Made by a program: the position numbers and the translations under genes. Under the pieces are notes generated by a model. The model saw only the letters and a list, made by a program, of their open reading frames with translations, was not told where the DNA came from and searched no databases. From Rhodovarius sp. (GTDB lineage: Bacteria > Pseudomonadota > Alphaproteobacteria > Acetobacterales > Acetobacteraceae), in assembly GCA_025057055.1 (NCBI GenBank), contig JANWYF010000134.1, positions 2,410-66,409 of the forward strand: a DNA stretch of 64,000 bases, in the 5' to 3' direction. Numbering within the stretch: the first letter of the stretch is position 1; every line of letters starts with the position of its first letter. Below, one piece after another: positions 28,290 through 37,825 of the stretch.

Positions 28290-29453
28290 ATGGACTCCAT
28301 CACCGCCCCGCGCCGGATGCTGATCGGCGGCGGCAGCATCGCGCGCCTGGCCGAGCTGCTGGCAGGTTTCGGCCTCTCCCGGCCCTTCATCGTGACCGAC
28401 CGCTGGCTCGTCTCCTCGGGCATGATCGACCGCTGCCTCGCCCCGCTGACCGCGGCGGGCATGCCCTATCGGCTGTTCGATGAGACGGTGCCCGACCCAA
28501 CCGATGTGGTGGTGGCAGCCGGGCTCGATGCCTTTCGCGCCGGGGACCATGACTGCATCCTGGGCTTCGGCGGCGGCTCCCCGATGGATACCGCGAAGGC
28601 GATCGCGATCCTGGCTGCCACGGGCGGCCATATCCGGGAACAGAAGGTGCCGCGGGCGGCCGATCGCGCCGCCGTGCCCGTCGTCTGCGTGCCCACCACC
28701 GCCGGCACCGGTAGCGAGGTGACGCGCTTTACCGTCATCACCGACACTGAACGGGGCGAGAAGATGCTCATCGCCGGGCTCGGCGCCCTGCCGGTCGCTG
28801 CGGTGGTCGATTACGAACTCACGCTCAGCCTGCCGCCGCGCACCACGGCCGATACCGGCATCGACAGCCTGACCCATGCGCTCGAGGCCTATGTCTCGCG
28901 CCGCGCCAATCCGGTCGCGGATATGTATGCCGAACGGGCGATGCGCCTGATCGGCCCCCACCTGCGCCGCGTCTACCGCGACCCCGAAGATCGCCCGGCG
29001 CGGGAGGCGATGATGCTAGGCGCGACGCTGGCCGGGCTTGCCTTCAGCAATGCTTCGGTTGCCCTGGTGCATGGCATGTCGCGGCCGATCGGGGCGCATT
29101 TTCATGTGCCCCATGGCCTGTCCAACGCCATGCTGCTGCCGGTGGTCACGCGCTATTCCCTGCCCGCGGCCCTGCCGCGTTATGCCGCCGCGGCGCGTTG
29201 GATCGGCTGTGCCGAGGCCGGCGATGCCGATCAGCTGGCAGGGGTCAAGCTGCTCGAGGAGCTTGCGGCGCTCAATGCCGAACTCGCGGTGCCAAGCCCG
29301 GCCGCCTATGGCATTCCGGCAGACCGGTGGGAGGCGCTGCTGCCTCTGATGGCCGACCAAGCCCTGGCCAGCGGCAGCCCGGCCAACAACCCCCGAGTGC
29401 CGGATGCGGCGGAGATCGTCGCACTCTACCGGCAGGCCTACGGCAGCACCTGA
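28290..29453 (+). CDS. Iron-containing alcohol dehydrogenase
   Basis: GGGSPMDTAK, PTTAGTGSE, DSLTHALEAY, HGMSR...H..HG..NA. Confidence 0.92.
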   Translation: MDSITAPRRMLIGGGSIARLAELLAGFGLSRPFIVTDRWLVSSGMIDRCLAPLTAAGMPYRLFDETVPDPTDVVVAAGLDAFRAGDHDCILGFGGGSPMDTAKAIAILAATGGHIREQKVPRAADRAAVPVVCVPTTAGTGSEVTRFTVITDTERGEKMLIAGLGALPVAAVVDYELTLSLPPRTTADTGIDSLTHALEAYVSRRANPVADMYAERAMRLIGPHLRRVYRDPEDRPAREAMMLGATLAGLAFSNASVALVHGMSRPIGAHFHVPHGLSNAMLLPVVTRYSLPAALPRYAAAARWIGCAEAGDADQLAGVKLLEELAALNAELAVPSPAAYGIPADRWEALLPLMADQALASGSPANNPRVPDAAEIVALYRQAYGST

Positions 29454-29462
29454 TATGACAAG

Positions 29463-29487
29463 GCCCGTGGCCGGGGCGGCCACGGGC
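29463..29487. terminator. Hairpin between convergent Fe-ADH and YeeE genes
   Basis: Perfect 10-bp stem GCCCGTGGCC/GGCCACGGGC, 5-nt loop, no U tract. Confidence 0.45.
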
Positions 29488-29519
29488 ATCACCGGCGGAC
29501 CGGCAAGGGGGCGGGGGAC

Positions 29520-30065
29520 TCAGCGCCCGCTCCGCTCCGCCCAGGCAAAGAGGCTGATCGCGATCACCACCAGCCCGGCGAAGATCCAGGCTGCCGGGAT
29601 GCCGGTCACATCCATCAGCGTCACCTTGCCCAGCGCGCCCACCGGCAGGATATGCGTCCGCACCCAATCGAAGCTCAGCGCATAGAGCACGGCGCCGACC
29701 AGCATGCCGACCACCCCGACCCCGGCATGGAGCGAGCCGGTGGCGGTGGCGGCCAGCCCGGTGCCCGGGCAATAGCCGTAGAGCACCATGCCCACGCCGA
29801 AGATCGCAGCACCGAGGGAGACCGCAAGCAGGTTGGCATCGCGCAGCGCAAAGCGCGCCGCGCCCGCATCGACCAGGATGAAGACGCCGATGCCGCCGAC
29901 GATGATCGCGGTCAGCATCACCTTGAGCACCGTGAAGTCGCGCAGCCGGAGCTGGTTGACGATCACATTGTAGTCGAGCACGCGGCCGCGGTGCAGCAGC
30001 GCGCCGAAGATCGCGCCGAAGACAACCGCCAGCACCAGCGCGCCATCGCCACGGATGGGGAACAT
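29520..30065 (-). CDS. YeeE/YedE family sulfur-transport membrane protein (second half-transporter)
   Basis: FG..L.RG, L.DFTV.K.M, GYCPGT motif; ATG 30065. Confidence 0.85.
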   Translation of the reverse strand: MFPIRGDGALVLAVVFGAIFGALLHRGRVLDYNVIVNQLRLRDFTVLKVMLTAIIVGGIGVFILVDAGAARFALRDANLLAVSLGAAIFGVGMVLYGYCPGTGLAATATGSLHAGVGVVGMLVGAVLYALSFDWVRTHILPVGALGKVTLMDVTGIPAAWIFAGLVVIAISLFAWAERSGR

Positions 30066-30067
30066 GA

Positions 30068-30628
30068 TCAGGCCCTCCTGCCGCCGAAGATCAGCCATGC
30101 GGTGATCACGCCCGAGACGAACATCACCGCGAGAAACACCCAGCCCACCAGCGCCAGCTGCAGGCCCTGGGAGATGCCATTGCCGCTGGTGCAGCCATTG
30201 GCCAGCCGTGCGCCGTACATGGTGAGCACCCCGCCCAGGAAGGCGCTCACGAAGCGCCGGGCAGGGCTCGGGCCGAAGCGTTCGGCCCAGACTCTGGGCA
30301 CCGCCTCGAAGCGGAAGCGGCGCGAGAGCAGGGCCGAGGCGAGGGCACCGAGGAAGGTGCCGACCAGGAACAGCGTCCCGTAGTCGAGCCGCAGTGGATG
30401 GCGCGCCCAGTAGCTGTTCTGGGCCACCAGCTCCGGCCCGGTGAAGAGCGCGGTTGCCCCGCCGGCCACCGCGGAGAGGGAGGTGGTGATGCCGATTGGG
30501 GTGGCGACCACGACGAAGACGATCCAGCTCAGGACGCCGATGCCCGCCCCGGCCAGATAGGGGGCGAGATCGATGCCCTGGCGCGCCGCGCGCGCCGGGC
30601 TGTCAGCGAGGCTTGCCGACATGTTCAT
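30068..30628 (-). CDS. YeeE/YedE family sulfur-transport membrane protein (first half-transporter)
   Basis: P.GITT, LVG..LGAL.S.LLS..F, GARLANGCTSGNGISQG. Confidence 0.85.
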   Translation of the reverse strand: MNMSASLADSPARAARQGIDLAPYLAGAGIGVLSWIVFVVVATPIGITTSLSAVAGGATALFTGPELVAQNSYWARHPLRLDYGTLFLVGTFLGALASALLSRRFRFEAVPRVWAERFGPSPARRFVSAFLGGVLTMYGARLANGCTSGNGISQGLQLALVGWVFLAVMFVSGVITAWLIFGGRRA

Positions 30629-30671
30629 TTGACCTCCGGAAGGTGATCATGATGGATGTCTCTTCCGCCCC

Positions 30672-30878
30672 TCAGGCGCTGCCGCCCTGGCGGGGGCAGG
30701 TGTTGATGCCGACCAGGCCATAGGCCGGGCACCAGCGCAGAAAGGCGGTGGCGAGGGGCAGCAGGCCGATCAGCCCGGCCCAGCGCCAGGGCCCCTCGAG
30801 CAGCAGCAGCAGCGACAGCAGCAGAAGACCGGCGACGATGCGGATCGCTCGATCCGCGGGGCCGACATTGGGGGTCAT
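30672..30878 (-). CDS. DUF2892 (YgaP-like) small membrane protein
   Basis: MTPNVGPADRAIRIVAG...GLLPLATA...WCPAY...GINTC; SD GGAGA before ATG 30878. Confidence 0.85.
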   Translation of the reverse strand: MTPNVGPADRAIRIVAGLLLLSLLLLLEGPWRWAGLIGLLPLATAFLRWCPAYGLVGINTCPRQGGSA

Positions 30879-30945
30879 GCGTGTCTCTCCTTGCCCAAGC
30901 ATCCGGAATCCGGGATGTTCTACCCGACGTTCCGCTGATGGAACC

Positions 30946-30971
30946 CTTATATCAGGGTTTGCGAACATAAG
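30946..30971. promoter_or_regulatory. Candidate ArsR/BigR operator between divergent genes
   Basis: CTTAT-N16-ATAAG inverted repeat in AT-rich 105-nt intergenic region. Confidence 0.45.
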
Positions 30972-30983
30972 CAAGGACTAAAA

Positions 30984-31322
30984 ATGAGCGTCACCGCCCC
31001 CGGGCTCGATGCCGATCCCACCGCCCCGGAATCCGCCTCGCTCGAGGCGAAGGCCGCCGAAGTCGCCCAGGTGCTGCGCGCCCTGGCCAATGAGCGGCGG
31101 CTGCTCCTGCTCTGCAAGCTGGCCCAGGATGGGGAGGCCAATGTCGGCACGCTGGCGGCCTTCATGGGCCTCTCTCAGCCGGCGGCGAGCCAGCACTTGG
31201 CCCGCATGCGCGAGGAGGGGCTGGTCACCTTCCGGCGCGAGGCCCAGACGCTCTACTACCGGATTGCTGACCCAAGGGTGCGGGCGCTGCTCGAGACGCT
31301 CCAGAACCTCTACTGTTCGTAA
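30984..31322 (+). CDS. ArsR/SmtB family regulator, BigR/SqrR-like persulfide sensor
   Basis: LRALANERRLLLLCKL, SQ...SQHLARMREEGLV..RR..QT.YY.I, LYC; two cysteines at BigR/SqrR-equivalent positions. Confidence 0.85.
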   Translation: MSVTAPGLDADPTAPESASLEAKAAEVAQVLRALANERRLLLLCKLAQDGEANVGTLAAFMGLSQPAASQHLARMREEGLVTFRREAQTLYYRIADPRVRALLETLQNLYCS

Positions 31323-31330
31323 ACTGGGCT

Positions 31331-33532
31331 CTAGGCCGCCCCCTGGCGGGAGCGCGGCACCATGGCCGCGATCAGGTCCAGCAGCATCTCTCTGGAATAG
31401 GGCTTGGGCAGCAGCTCGAACTCCGGCGCCTCCTGCCCCAGGGCCTGCATGGCATAGCCGGAGGCGAGCAGCACCCCGATGCCGGGGCGGATCCGACGTG
31501 CCGCCCGCGCCAGCTCCAGGCCCGACACGCCCCCCGGCATCACCACGTCGGTGAACAGCACATCGACCACCTCGCCGCGCTCGAGCAAATCGAGCGCCTG
31601 GCGCCCATCCGCCGCGGCCAGCACGCGGTAGCCGGCATCGCGCAAAAGTTCCGCGGCCACTTCGCGCACTTCCGGGTCGTCCTCGGCGATCAGGACGGTG
31701 GCCGATGCGACGGCCACCACCACCCCGCTGCGTGCCGCGGCTTCGGCGGGGGCCGGCGTCGCGCTGCTCACCGGAAGGAAGAGGCTGACGGTGGTCCCCC
31801 GGCCGGGGGCACTCGCGAGCACCACATGCCCGCCAAGCTGGCGCATCACCCCGAAGACCTGCGACAGGCCAAGCCCGGTGCCCTTGCCTTGCGGCTTGGT
31901 GGTGAAGAAGGGCTCGAAGGCGCGGTCGCGCACCTCGGCCGGCATGCCCGTGCCGGTGTCGATCACCCTGATCTCGGTGAAGCTGCCGGGGCGCGCATCG
32001 GCATTGCCTTGCAGCTCGGCCTCCCCCAGCCAGACATTGCGGGTGGCGATCCGGACCTCTCCACCCTGCGGCATCGCATCGCGCGCATTGAGTGCGAGGT
32101 TGAGCAGCGCCGCCTCGAGCTGCGCCGCATCGGCCTCGCAGACCGCGCGATCGGCAGCGAGCTCGAGCCGGAGCGTCACCGCATCGCCCATCGCCCGCTG
32201 CAGCAGCGGCTCGAAGCCGCGCAGCAGGGCATGGACGTCGAGCGGTTCGCGCTTGAGCGGCTGGCGCCGCGCGAAGGCGAGCAGGCTGGCATTGAGCCGC
32301 GCTCCCCTCCCGACCGCATCCCGCGCCGCACCGATCAGGCGGCGTGTGCGGTCATCGGCATGGGGGCCGAGATGCCGGTCGAGCAGATTGACCGTACCCA
32401 GGATGGCGGTCAGCAGGTTGTTGAAGTCATGCGCGATGCCGCCCGTCAGCCGCCCCATCGCCTCCAGCCGCTGCGCCTGGGCAAGCCGCTCCTCGGCCGC
32501 CTCGCGCCGGCTGATGTGTTCGCGCAGCGCGGCATGGGTGGCCGTCAATTCGCGCAACGCCCGCTGCTCCGAGGCCCAGCGCCGCCACGCGATGGCGATC
32601 ACCGACATCATCGCCGCCGTCATCAGGGCCGCGATGGTGCCGAGCGAGAGGACATGCGTCGTCCAGGCCGAGGTTAGCGCGCTGCGCGGCGTCGCGTAGG
32701 CGACCAGGAGTTCGCCCCCCCAGACGGGCCGGATGGTGGCCAGCCACTGCCCGCCGTCGCCATCGAAGAGGGTGGTGTGCAATGCCGGCTCGCCCGGTGC
32801 GGGCAGGATGGGCACCCGTCCCGCCGGCAGCCGTTCGGCCGACCATTGCGCCAGGATCCGCCCATCCGGCCGGAACAGCGCAAAATAGCCCTTCGGGCCC
32901 GCCATCGCCGCCCAGTGCAGGTCGAAATAGCCCGGCGGGATGGAGCCCATGACCAGACCGTCGAAGCCGCCATCCGGATCCAGCCGCGCCCGACTGACGG
33001 TAAAGGAGAGCAGGCCGCTGCTGCGTCCGATGATCGGCTCACCGATGAAGGTGCCACGATAGCCGGCGGCGTGGGCGCGGAAATATTCCCGCCCGCTCAC
33101 CTCGACATCCGGCGTGGGCCAAGTGGCGCTGGTGATGACCAGCCTGCCCTGCGGGTCAACGATATGCACGGCCCGCAGATGATCCAAGCGTTCATCGATG
33201 CTGCGCAGCCAGCGCACCAAGCCCTCGCCCTCGGCGGCGATCGCGGACCAGCTTCGCCCCTGCAGCCGGTCGAGCACCCTCTCGAGCACGAGGTTCGCCG
33301 TCTCGAACACCTTCTGGGCATGTTCCTGGGCCAGGGCCCCTGCCCGCTCGAGCTCGAGCGCCGCGCCTTCCTCGATGCTGCGCCATTCCTTGGCGGCCAG
33401 CATCGCCGCACCCAGCATCGGCAGCAGGATGGCCGCGACCATGAGCAGCCGGATCGCCCAGGGCAGGGGTGCCGGACGGTCAGGGGGCGGCGACGGGCCG
33501 GCGGCGGCTGTGCCCTCGGTCGGCAGCGGCAT
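31331..33532 (-). CDS. Hybrid sensor histidine kinase (Cache-like sensor, HisKA, HATPase, receiver)
   Basis: Two TM segments flanking sensor; GGIAHDFNNLL, NLALNARDAM, DTGTG, FFTTK, GTGLGL; receiver LFTDVVMPG...KP; start uncertain (33532 or 33595). Confidence 0.9.
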   Translation of the reverse strand: MPLPTEGTAAAGPSPPPDRPAPLPWAIRLLMVAAILLPMLGAAMLAAKEWRSIEEGAALELERAGALAQEHAQKVFETANLVLERVLDRLQGRSWSAIAAEGEGLVRWLRSIDERLDHLRAVHIVDPQGRLVITSATWPTPDVEVSGREYFRAHAAGYRGTFIGEPIIGRSSGLLSFTVSRARLDPDGGFDGLVMGSIPPGYFDLHWAAMAGPKGYFALFRPDGRILAQWSAERLPAGRVPILPAPGEPALHTTLFDGDGGQWLATIRPVWGGELLVAYATPRSALTSAWTTHVLSLGTIAALMTAAMMSVIAIAWRRWASEQRALRELTATHAALREHISRREAAEERLAQAQRLEAMGRLTGGIAHDFNNLLTAILGTVNLLDRHLGPHADDRTRRLIGAARDAVGRGARLNASLLAFARRQPLKREPLDVHALLRGFEPLLQRAMGDAVTLRLELAADRAVCEADAAQLEAALLNLALNARDAMPQGGEVRIATRNVWLGEAELQGNADARPGSFTEIRVIDTGTGMPAEVRDRAFEPFFTTKPQGKGTGLGLSQVFGVMRQLGGHVVLASAPGRGTTVSLFLPVSSATPAPAEAAARSGVVVAVASATVLIAEDDPEVREVAAELLRDAGYRVLAAADGRQALDLLERGEVVDVLFTDVVMPGGVSGLELARAARRIRPGIGVLLASGYAMQALGQEAPEFELLPKPYSREMLLDLIAAMVPRSRQGAA

Positions 33533-33607
33533 GAGGATAGCGCGTCCCAGATATGCTGCTTGCGCGAATCTGCCTGCGCAGACCCCTCCCGGCAAGGACC
33601 AAGGCGG

Positions 33608-34396
33608 CTAGCCGAGCAGGCCGATCCGTCCTGCCCCGGGCAGAGGATCGCGGATGCCGAGCGCGCGCAGCCCGTGCCAATAGGTGACAGGATTGGCGGC
33701 GAGGACCGGCCGGCCCAGCCAGCGTTCGGCCTCGGGCGCCAGGGCGGCGAAGGGCATATTGGTGCCGGCCTGCAGGATCGCATCCGGCTCGGTGGCCGCG
33801 AGCGCGCGCAGCGCCTCGATCTGCCGTTCCGGGCTGATGCGCGCGATATCGCAGGCCGAGGGCGCACGCAGGCCGATGATGCCACTCACCACATAGCCCG
33901 CCCCTTCGAGGAAGCGCCGCACCCCTTGATCGCCCACCGGCATGAACGGGGTCAGCACCGCGACCCGCCCGCCGGGCGCGATGCCGAGCGCTGCCAGCGC
34001 GGCCAGCATGGCCGAGGACCAGTCCGACACCCCGACCCCGCTGCGCGCGCGCAGGCCTTGCAGCAAGGCCTCTCCGGCTGCGCCGCCGCCGGCAAACTGT
34101 TCGGCCATCACGCCGAGGACCAGGTGGTCAGGACGGCAGGGCAGCAGGCTGTCGACCGCGGCCTGAAGGCCGGCGAGCATCGCCTCGCGCACCGCGAGCG
34201 TGTCGCGATCGGACATGATCGCCTGTTCCGGATTGGCGATGCGGGCATGCTGGTTGCACACGCCTGGGGGGCGCAGCGCCTCCATCTCCGGCTGGACGGT
34301 GATGTTGGTGGCCGGGGCGATGATGCCGATCAGCGCGCGCGGGGCGAGCGGCGGCCGGGGCGAGAGCAGGGGGGTGGCGAAGGCAATCCCTTCCAT
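33608..34396 (-). CDS. Maleate cis-trans isomerase / arylmalonate decarboxylase (Asp/Glu racemase superfamily)
   Basis: IGIIAPATNITVQPEM, VAVLTPF, QAGTNM, PVLAAN..TYW. Confidence 0.8.
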   Translation of the reverse strand: MEGIAFATPLLSPRPPLAPRALIGIIAPATNITVQPEMEALRPPGVCNQHARIANPEQAIMSDRDTLAVREAMLAGLQAAVDSLLPCRPDHLVLGVMAEQFAGGGAAGEALLQGLRARSGVGVSDWSSAMLAALAALGIAPGGRVAVLTPFMPVGDQGVRRFLEGAGYVVSGIIGLRAPSACDIARISPERQIEALRALAATEPDAILQAGTNMPFAALAPEAERWLGRPVLAANPVTYWHGLRALGIRDPLPGAGRIGLLG

Positions 34397-34513
34397 CTGG
34401 GCAGCATCGGCGAGCGGGCCCCGCCCGGCAAGGCGGCAGAGAGCGCCGGGTTGCGGTGCGGGCGCGCTTGGGGCATATGCCGGCCGGCCCGCGGGTGGAA
34501 CAGCGCGCGGGCA

Positions 34514-34603
34514 ATCCGCACGCGGCGCCCCTTCCGGCCGCAAGGCCCAAGGGTCCGGTCCCGGGGTCATTGCCGGGTTCTGCGCCGCGGAGGCCCAACC
34601 GGA
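34514..34603 (+). ncRNA. rpsB leader (t44-like S2 autoregulatory structure)
   Basis: CACGCGGCG...CGCCGCGG long-range stem followed by GAGGCCCAACC, matching the layout of the E. coli t44/rpsB leader; upstream TTGCGG-N17-CATATG promoter. Confidence 0.65.
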
Positions 34604-34627
34604 TCGTGACACGGAAGGAGGGATCCG

Positions 34628-35461
34628 ATGGCATTGCCGCAAGTGACATTGCGCACCCTGCTCGAGGCGGGGGTGCATTTCGGCCACCATACGCGGCGCT
34701 GGAACCCGAAGATGGCGCCCTACATCTTCGGCGTGCGCAACCAGGTCCACATCCTGGACCTGCAACAGACGGTGCCGCTTCTCGAGCGTGCCCTGCGCGC
34801 GATCCGCGACGTGGTGGCCCAGGGCGGGCGGGTGCTGTTCGTCGGCACCAAGAAGAGCGCCCAGGAATATATCGCCGCGGCCGCGACGCGATGCGGGCAG
34901 TACTACGTCAACCACCGCTGGCTGGGCGGAACCTTGACCAACTGGAAGACCATCACCGCCTCGGTCGCCAGGCTGAAGGAGCTCGAGCAGCGTCTGGCGA
35001 CCGATGTCTCCGGCCTGACCAAGAAGGAGGTGCTGATGCTGACGCGCGCGCGGGACAAGCTCGAGCGCGCGCTGGGCGGCATCAAGGATATGGGCGGGCT
35101 GCCGGACATCCTCTTCGTCATCGACACCGTCAAGGAAAAGCTCGCGATCCAGGAGGCGAACAAGCTCGGCATCCCGGTCGTGGCGGTGGTGGACAGCAAC
35201 TCCGACCCCTCCGGCATCGCCTATCCGATCCCGGGCAATGACGATGCGATCCGGGCGATCAGCCTCTACTGCGATCTCGTGGCGGCGGCGGTGCTCGACG
35301 GCCTCTCGGAGGAGCTCGGCGAGAGCGGCGATCTCGGTGCGCTGGCCGAGCCGCCGGTCGAAGCGCTGTCCGAGCCGCCGGCCGGAGACTTGCCCGAGGC
35401 CTTGCCGGAGGCCCTGCCCGAGGCGCTGCCCGAGGCCGAGGCCGCGGGCAGGCAGGCCTGA
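34628..35461 (+). CDS. rpsB: 30S ribosomal protein S2
   Basis: [39 protein letters not shown]. Confidence 0.98.
   Translation: MALPQVTLRTLLEAGVHFGHHTRRWNPKMAPYIFGVRNQVHILDLQQTVPLLERALRAIRDVVAQGGRVLFVGTKKSAQEYIAAAATRCGQYYVNHRWLGGTLTNWKTITASVARLKELEQRLATDVSGLTKKEVLMLTRARDKLERALGGIKDMGGLPDILFVIDTVKEKLAIQEANKLGIPVVAVVDSNSDPSGIAYPIPGNDDAIRAISLYCDLVAAAVLDGLSEELGESGDLGALAEPPVEALSEPPAGDLPEALPEALPEALPEAEAAGRQA
35390..35437 (+). repeat. Four tandem 12-nt repeats encoding (LPEA)4 in the RpsB tail
   Basis: ttgcccgaggcc ttgccggaggcc ctgcccgaggcg ctgcccgaggcc. Confidence 0.85.
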
Positions 35462-35487
35462 GTTCCTTCCGGAGCGGAGAGACGAAG

Positions 35488-36408
35488 ATGGCCGAGATCA
35501 CCGCCGCCCTGGTGCGGGAGCTGCGCGAACGCACCGGCGCGGGCATGATGGACTGCAAGAAGGCGCTGACCGAGACGGGCGGCGATATGGATGCCGCCAT
35601 CGACTGGCTGCGCAAGAAGGGCCTTTCGGCCGCGGCGAAGAAAGCGACCCGCGTGGCGGCCGAAGGGCTGATCGGGGTGGCGACCGGCCCGAAGATCGGC
35701 GCCATGGTCGAGGTCAACGCCGAGACCGATTTCGTCGCCCGCAACGAAAGCTTCCAGAACTTCGTGGCCGAGGTCGCGGGGCTCGCCCTGTCGGTGGGAG
35801 AGGATCTGGAGGCGCTCAAGGCCGCGACTTATCCCGGCACCCTGCATTCGGTGCAGGAGGAGCTGACGCGCCTGATCGCCACGATCGGGGAGAACATGAC
35901 GATCCGCCGCGTGCGGGTGCTCTCGGTGCCCTCGGGGACGGTGGCGAGCTATGTGCACAACGCCATCCGCCCGGGGCTTGGCCGGATCGGCGTGCTGGTG
36001 GCGCTGGAGGCCGAGAGCGAGCTCGAGGCGATGGAGCTGCTGGGCCGGCAGATCGGGATGCATATCGCGGCCACCCGGCCGGAGGCGCTGGACATCGCCT
36101 CGGTCGAACCCTCGGCCCTGGCGCGCGAGCGGGCGGTGCTCGAGGAGCAGGCCCGCGCCTCCGGCAAGCCGCCGGCGGTGATCGAGAAGATGATCGAGGG
36201 GCGCATCCGCAAATACTACGAGGAGGTGGTCCTGCTCGAGCAGATCTGGGTGCATGACGGGGAGAGCCGGGTGAAGGCGGTGGTCGAGAAGTCCGGCGGC
36301 AAGCTGGTCGGCTTCGCCCGCTTCCAGCTCGGCGAGGGCATCCAGAAGGAGGTCAGCGATTTCGCGGCCGAGGTGGCGGCCCAGGCCGGCCTTGCGCCGC
36401 AGCGCTGA
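35488..36408 (+). CDS. tsf: Elongation factor Ts
   Basis: [38 protein letters not shown]. Confidence 0.98.
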   Translation: MAEITAALVRELRERTGAGMMDCKKALTETGGDMDAAIDWLRKKGLSAAAKKATRVAAEGLIGVATGPKIGAMVEVNAETDFVARNESFQNFVAEVAGLALSVGEDLEALKAATYPGTLHSVQEELTRLIATIGENMTIRRVRVLSVPSGTVASYVHNAIRPGLGRIGVLVALEAESELEAMELLGRQIGMHIAATRPEALDIASVEPSALARERAVLEEQARASGKPPAVIEKMIEGRIRKYYEEVVLLEQIWVHDGESRVKAVVEKSGGKLVGFARFQLGEGIQKEVSDFAAEVAAQAGLAPQR

Positions 36409-36517
36409 GCCGCCGGCGGCGGCGACCGGGGCGCCTGCGCCGGCAGCGGGCGCCCCGTCCTTGTGAAGACCCTGCCCCCTCCGGTATGTCGCAGGCGCTG
36501 CCCGGGAACCCGCCCGC

Positions 36518-37240
36518 ATGTCCGATTCGCCACTTTACCGACGTGTGCTGCTCAAAGTCTCGGGCGAGGCCCTGATGGGCAGCCGAGATTATGGCCTGGA
36601 CAACGCGACGGTGCGCGCCATCGCCGAGGATGTGCGCGATACCGTGGCGCTGGGCGTGCAGGTCTGCCTCGTCATCGGCGGGGGCAATATCTTCCGCGGC
36701 GTGGCCGGTGCAGCGGCCGGGATGGACCGGGCCCAGGCCGACTACATGGGCATGCTGGCCACGGTGATGAACGCCCTGGCCATGCAATCGGCCCTGGAGC
36801 GGCTCGGGGTGCACACCCGGGTGCAGAGCGCGATCGACATGTCCGCGATCTGCGAGCCCTATATCCGCCGCCGGGCGATGCGCCATATGGAGAAGGGGCG
36901 GGTGGTGATCTTCGCCGCCGGCACCGGCAATCCCTTCTTCACCACCGATACCGCGGCTGCGCTCCGCGCGGCCGAGATGGGCTGCGATGCGCTGCTCAAG
37001 GGCACGCAGGTCGATGGCATCTACTCGGCCGATCCGCGCAAGAACCCGGATGCCACGCGCTATCAGCGCGTCACCTACCTCGAGGTTCTGGCGCGCGATC
37101 TGCAGGTGATGGACGCTGCCGCGATCTCGGTGGCGCGGGAGAACCGCCTGCCGATCATTGTCTTCAACATCCATGAGCCCGGGGCCTTCCGGGCGGTGAT
37201 GCTGGGGCACGGCCATTTCACGCTGGTGCAGGACGAATAG
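36518..37240 (+). CDS. pyrH: Uridylate kinase
   Basis: [37 protein letters not shown]. Confidence 0.98.
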   Translation: MSDSPLYRRVLLKVSGEALMGSRDYGLDNATVRAIAEDVRDTVALGVQVCLVIGGGNIFRGVAGAAAGMDRAQADYMGMLATVMNALAMQSALERLGVHTRVQSAIDMSAICEPYIRRRAMRHMEKGRVVIFAAGTGNPFFTTDTAAALRAAEMGCDALLKGTQVDGIYSADPRKNPDATRYQRVTYLEVLARDLQVMDAAAISVARENRLPIIVFNIHEPGAFRAVMLGHGHFTLVQDE

Positions 37241-37252
37241 GGGAGCAGGACC

Positions 37253-37825
37253 ATGGCAGCTGCCGCCGATCCCAAGGCGCTGAAGGAGGACATGAAGCGC
37301 CGGATGGAGAGCACCATGGAGACCCTGAAGCGCGAGTTCCAGGGCCTGCGCACCGGGCGCGCCACGCCCGCCCTGCTCGAGCCGATCCGGGTCGAGGCCT
37401 ACGGGGCGATCACCCCGCTCAACCAGCTCGCCAACATTTCGGTGGGCGGGCCCGGGCTGCTGCTGGTGCAGGTCTATGACCGCAGCCAGGTCAAGGCGGT
37501 GGAGATCGCGATCCGCGAATCCGGGCTCGGCCTCAACCCCCAGGCGGAGGGGCAGACCATCCGGGTGCCGCTGCCGCCGCTCACCCAGGAACGGCGCAAC
37601 GAGCTCTCGCGCCAGGCGGCCAAATACGCCGAAGGGGCGAAGGTTGCCCTGCGCGCCGTCCGCCGCGACGGGATGGAGCAGGTGGCGGCCTGGAAGAAGA
37701 AATCCCTGATCAGCGAGGACGAGGCCCGGCGGATCGAGAAGGACCTGCAGGCGCTGACCGACGATTACGTGCGCAAGGTGGACCTCGCCCTGGCCGAGAA
37801 GGAAAAGGACATCAAGTCGGTCTGA
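37253..37825 (+). CDS. frr: Ribosome recycling factor
   Basis: LRTGRA.P.LL, LGLNP, IRVPLPPLTQERR, KEKDI. Confidence 0.97.
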   Translation: MAAAADPKALKEDMKRRMESTMETLKREFQGLRTGRATPALLEPIRVEAYGAITPLNQLANISVGGPGLLLVQVYDRSQVKAVEIAIRESGLGLNPQAEGQTIRVPLPPLTQERRNELSRQAAKYAEGAKVALRAVRRDGMEQVAAWKKKSLISEDEARRIEKDLQALTDDYVRKVDLALAEKEKDIKSV

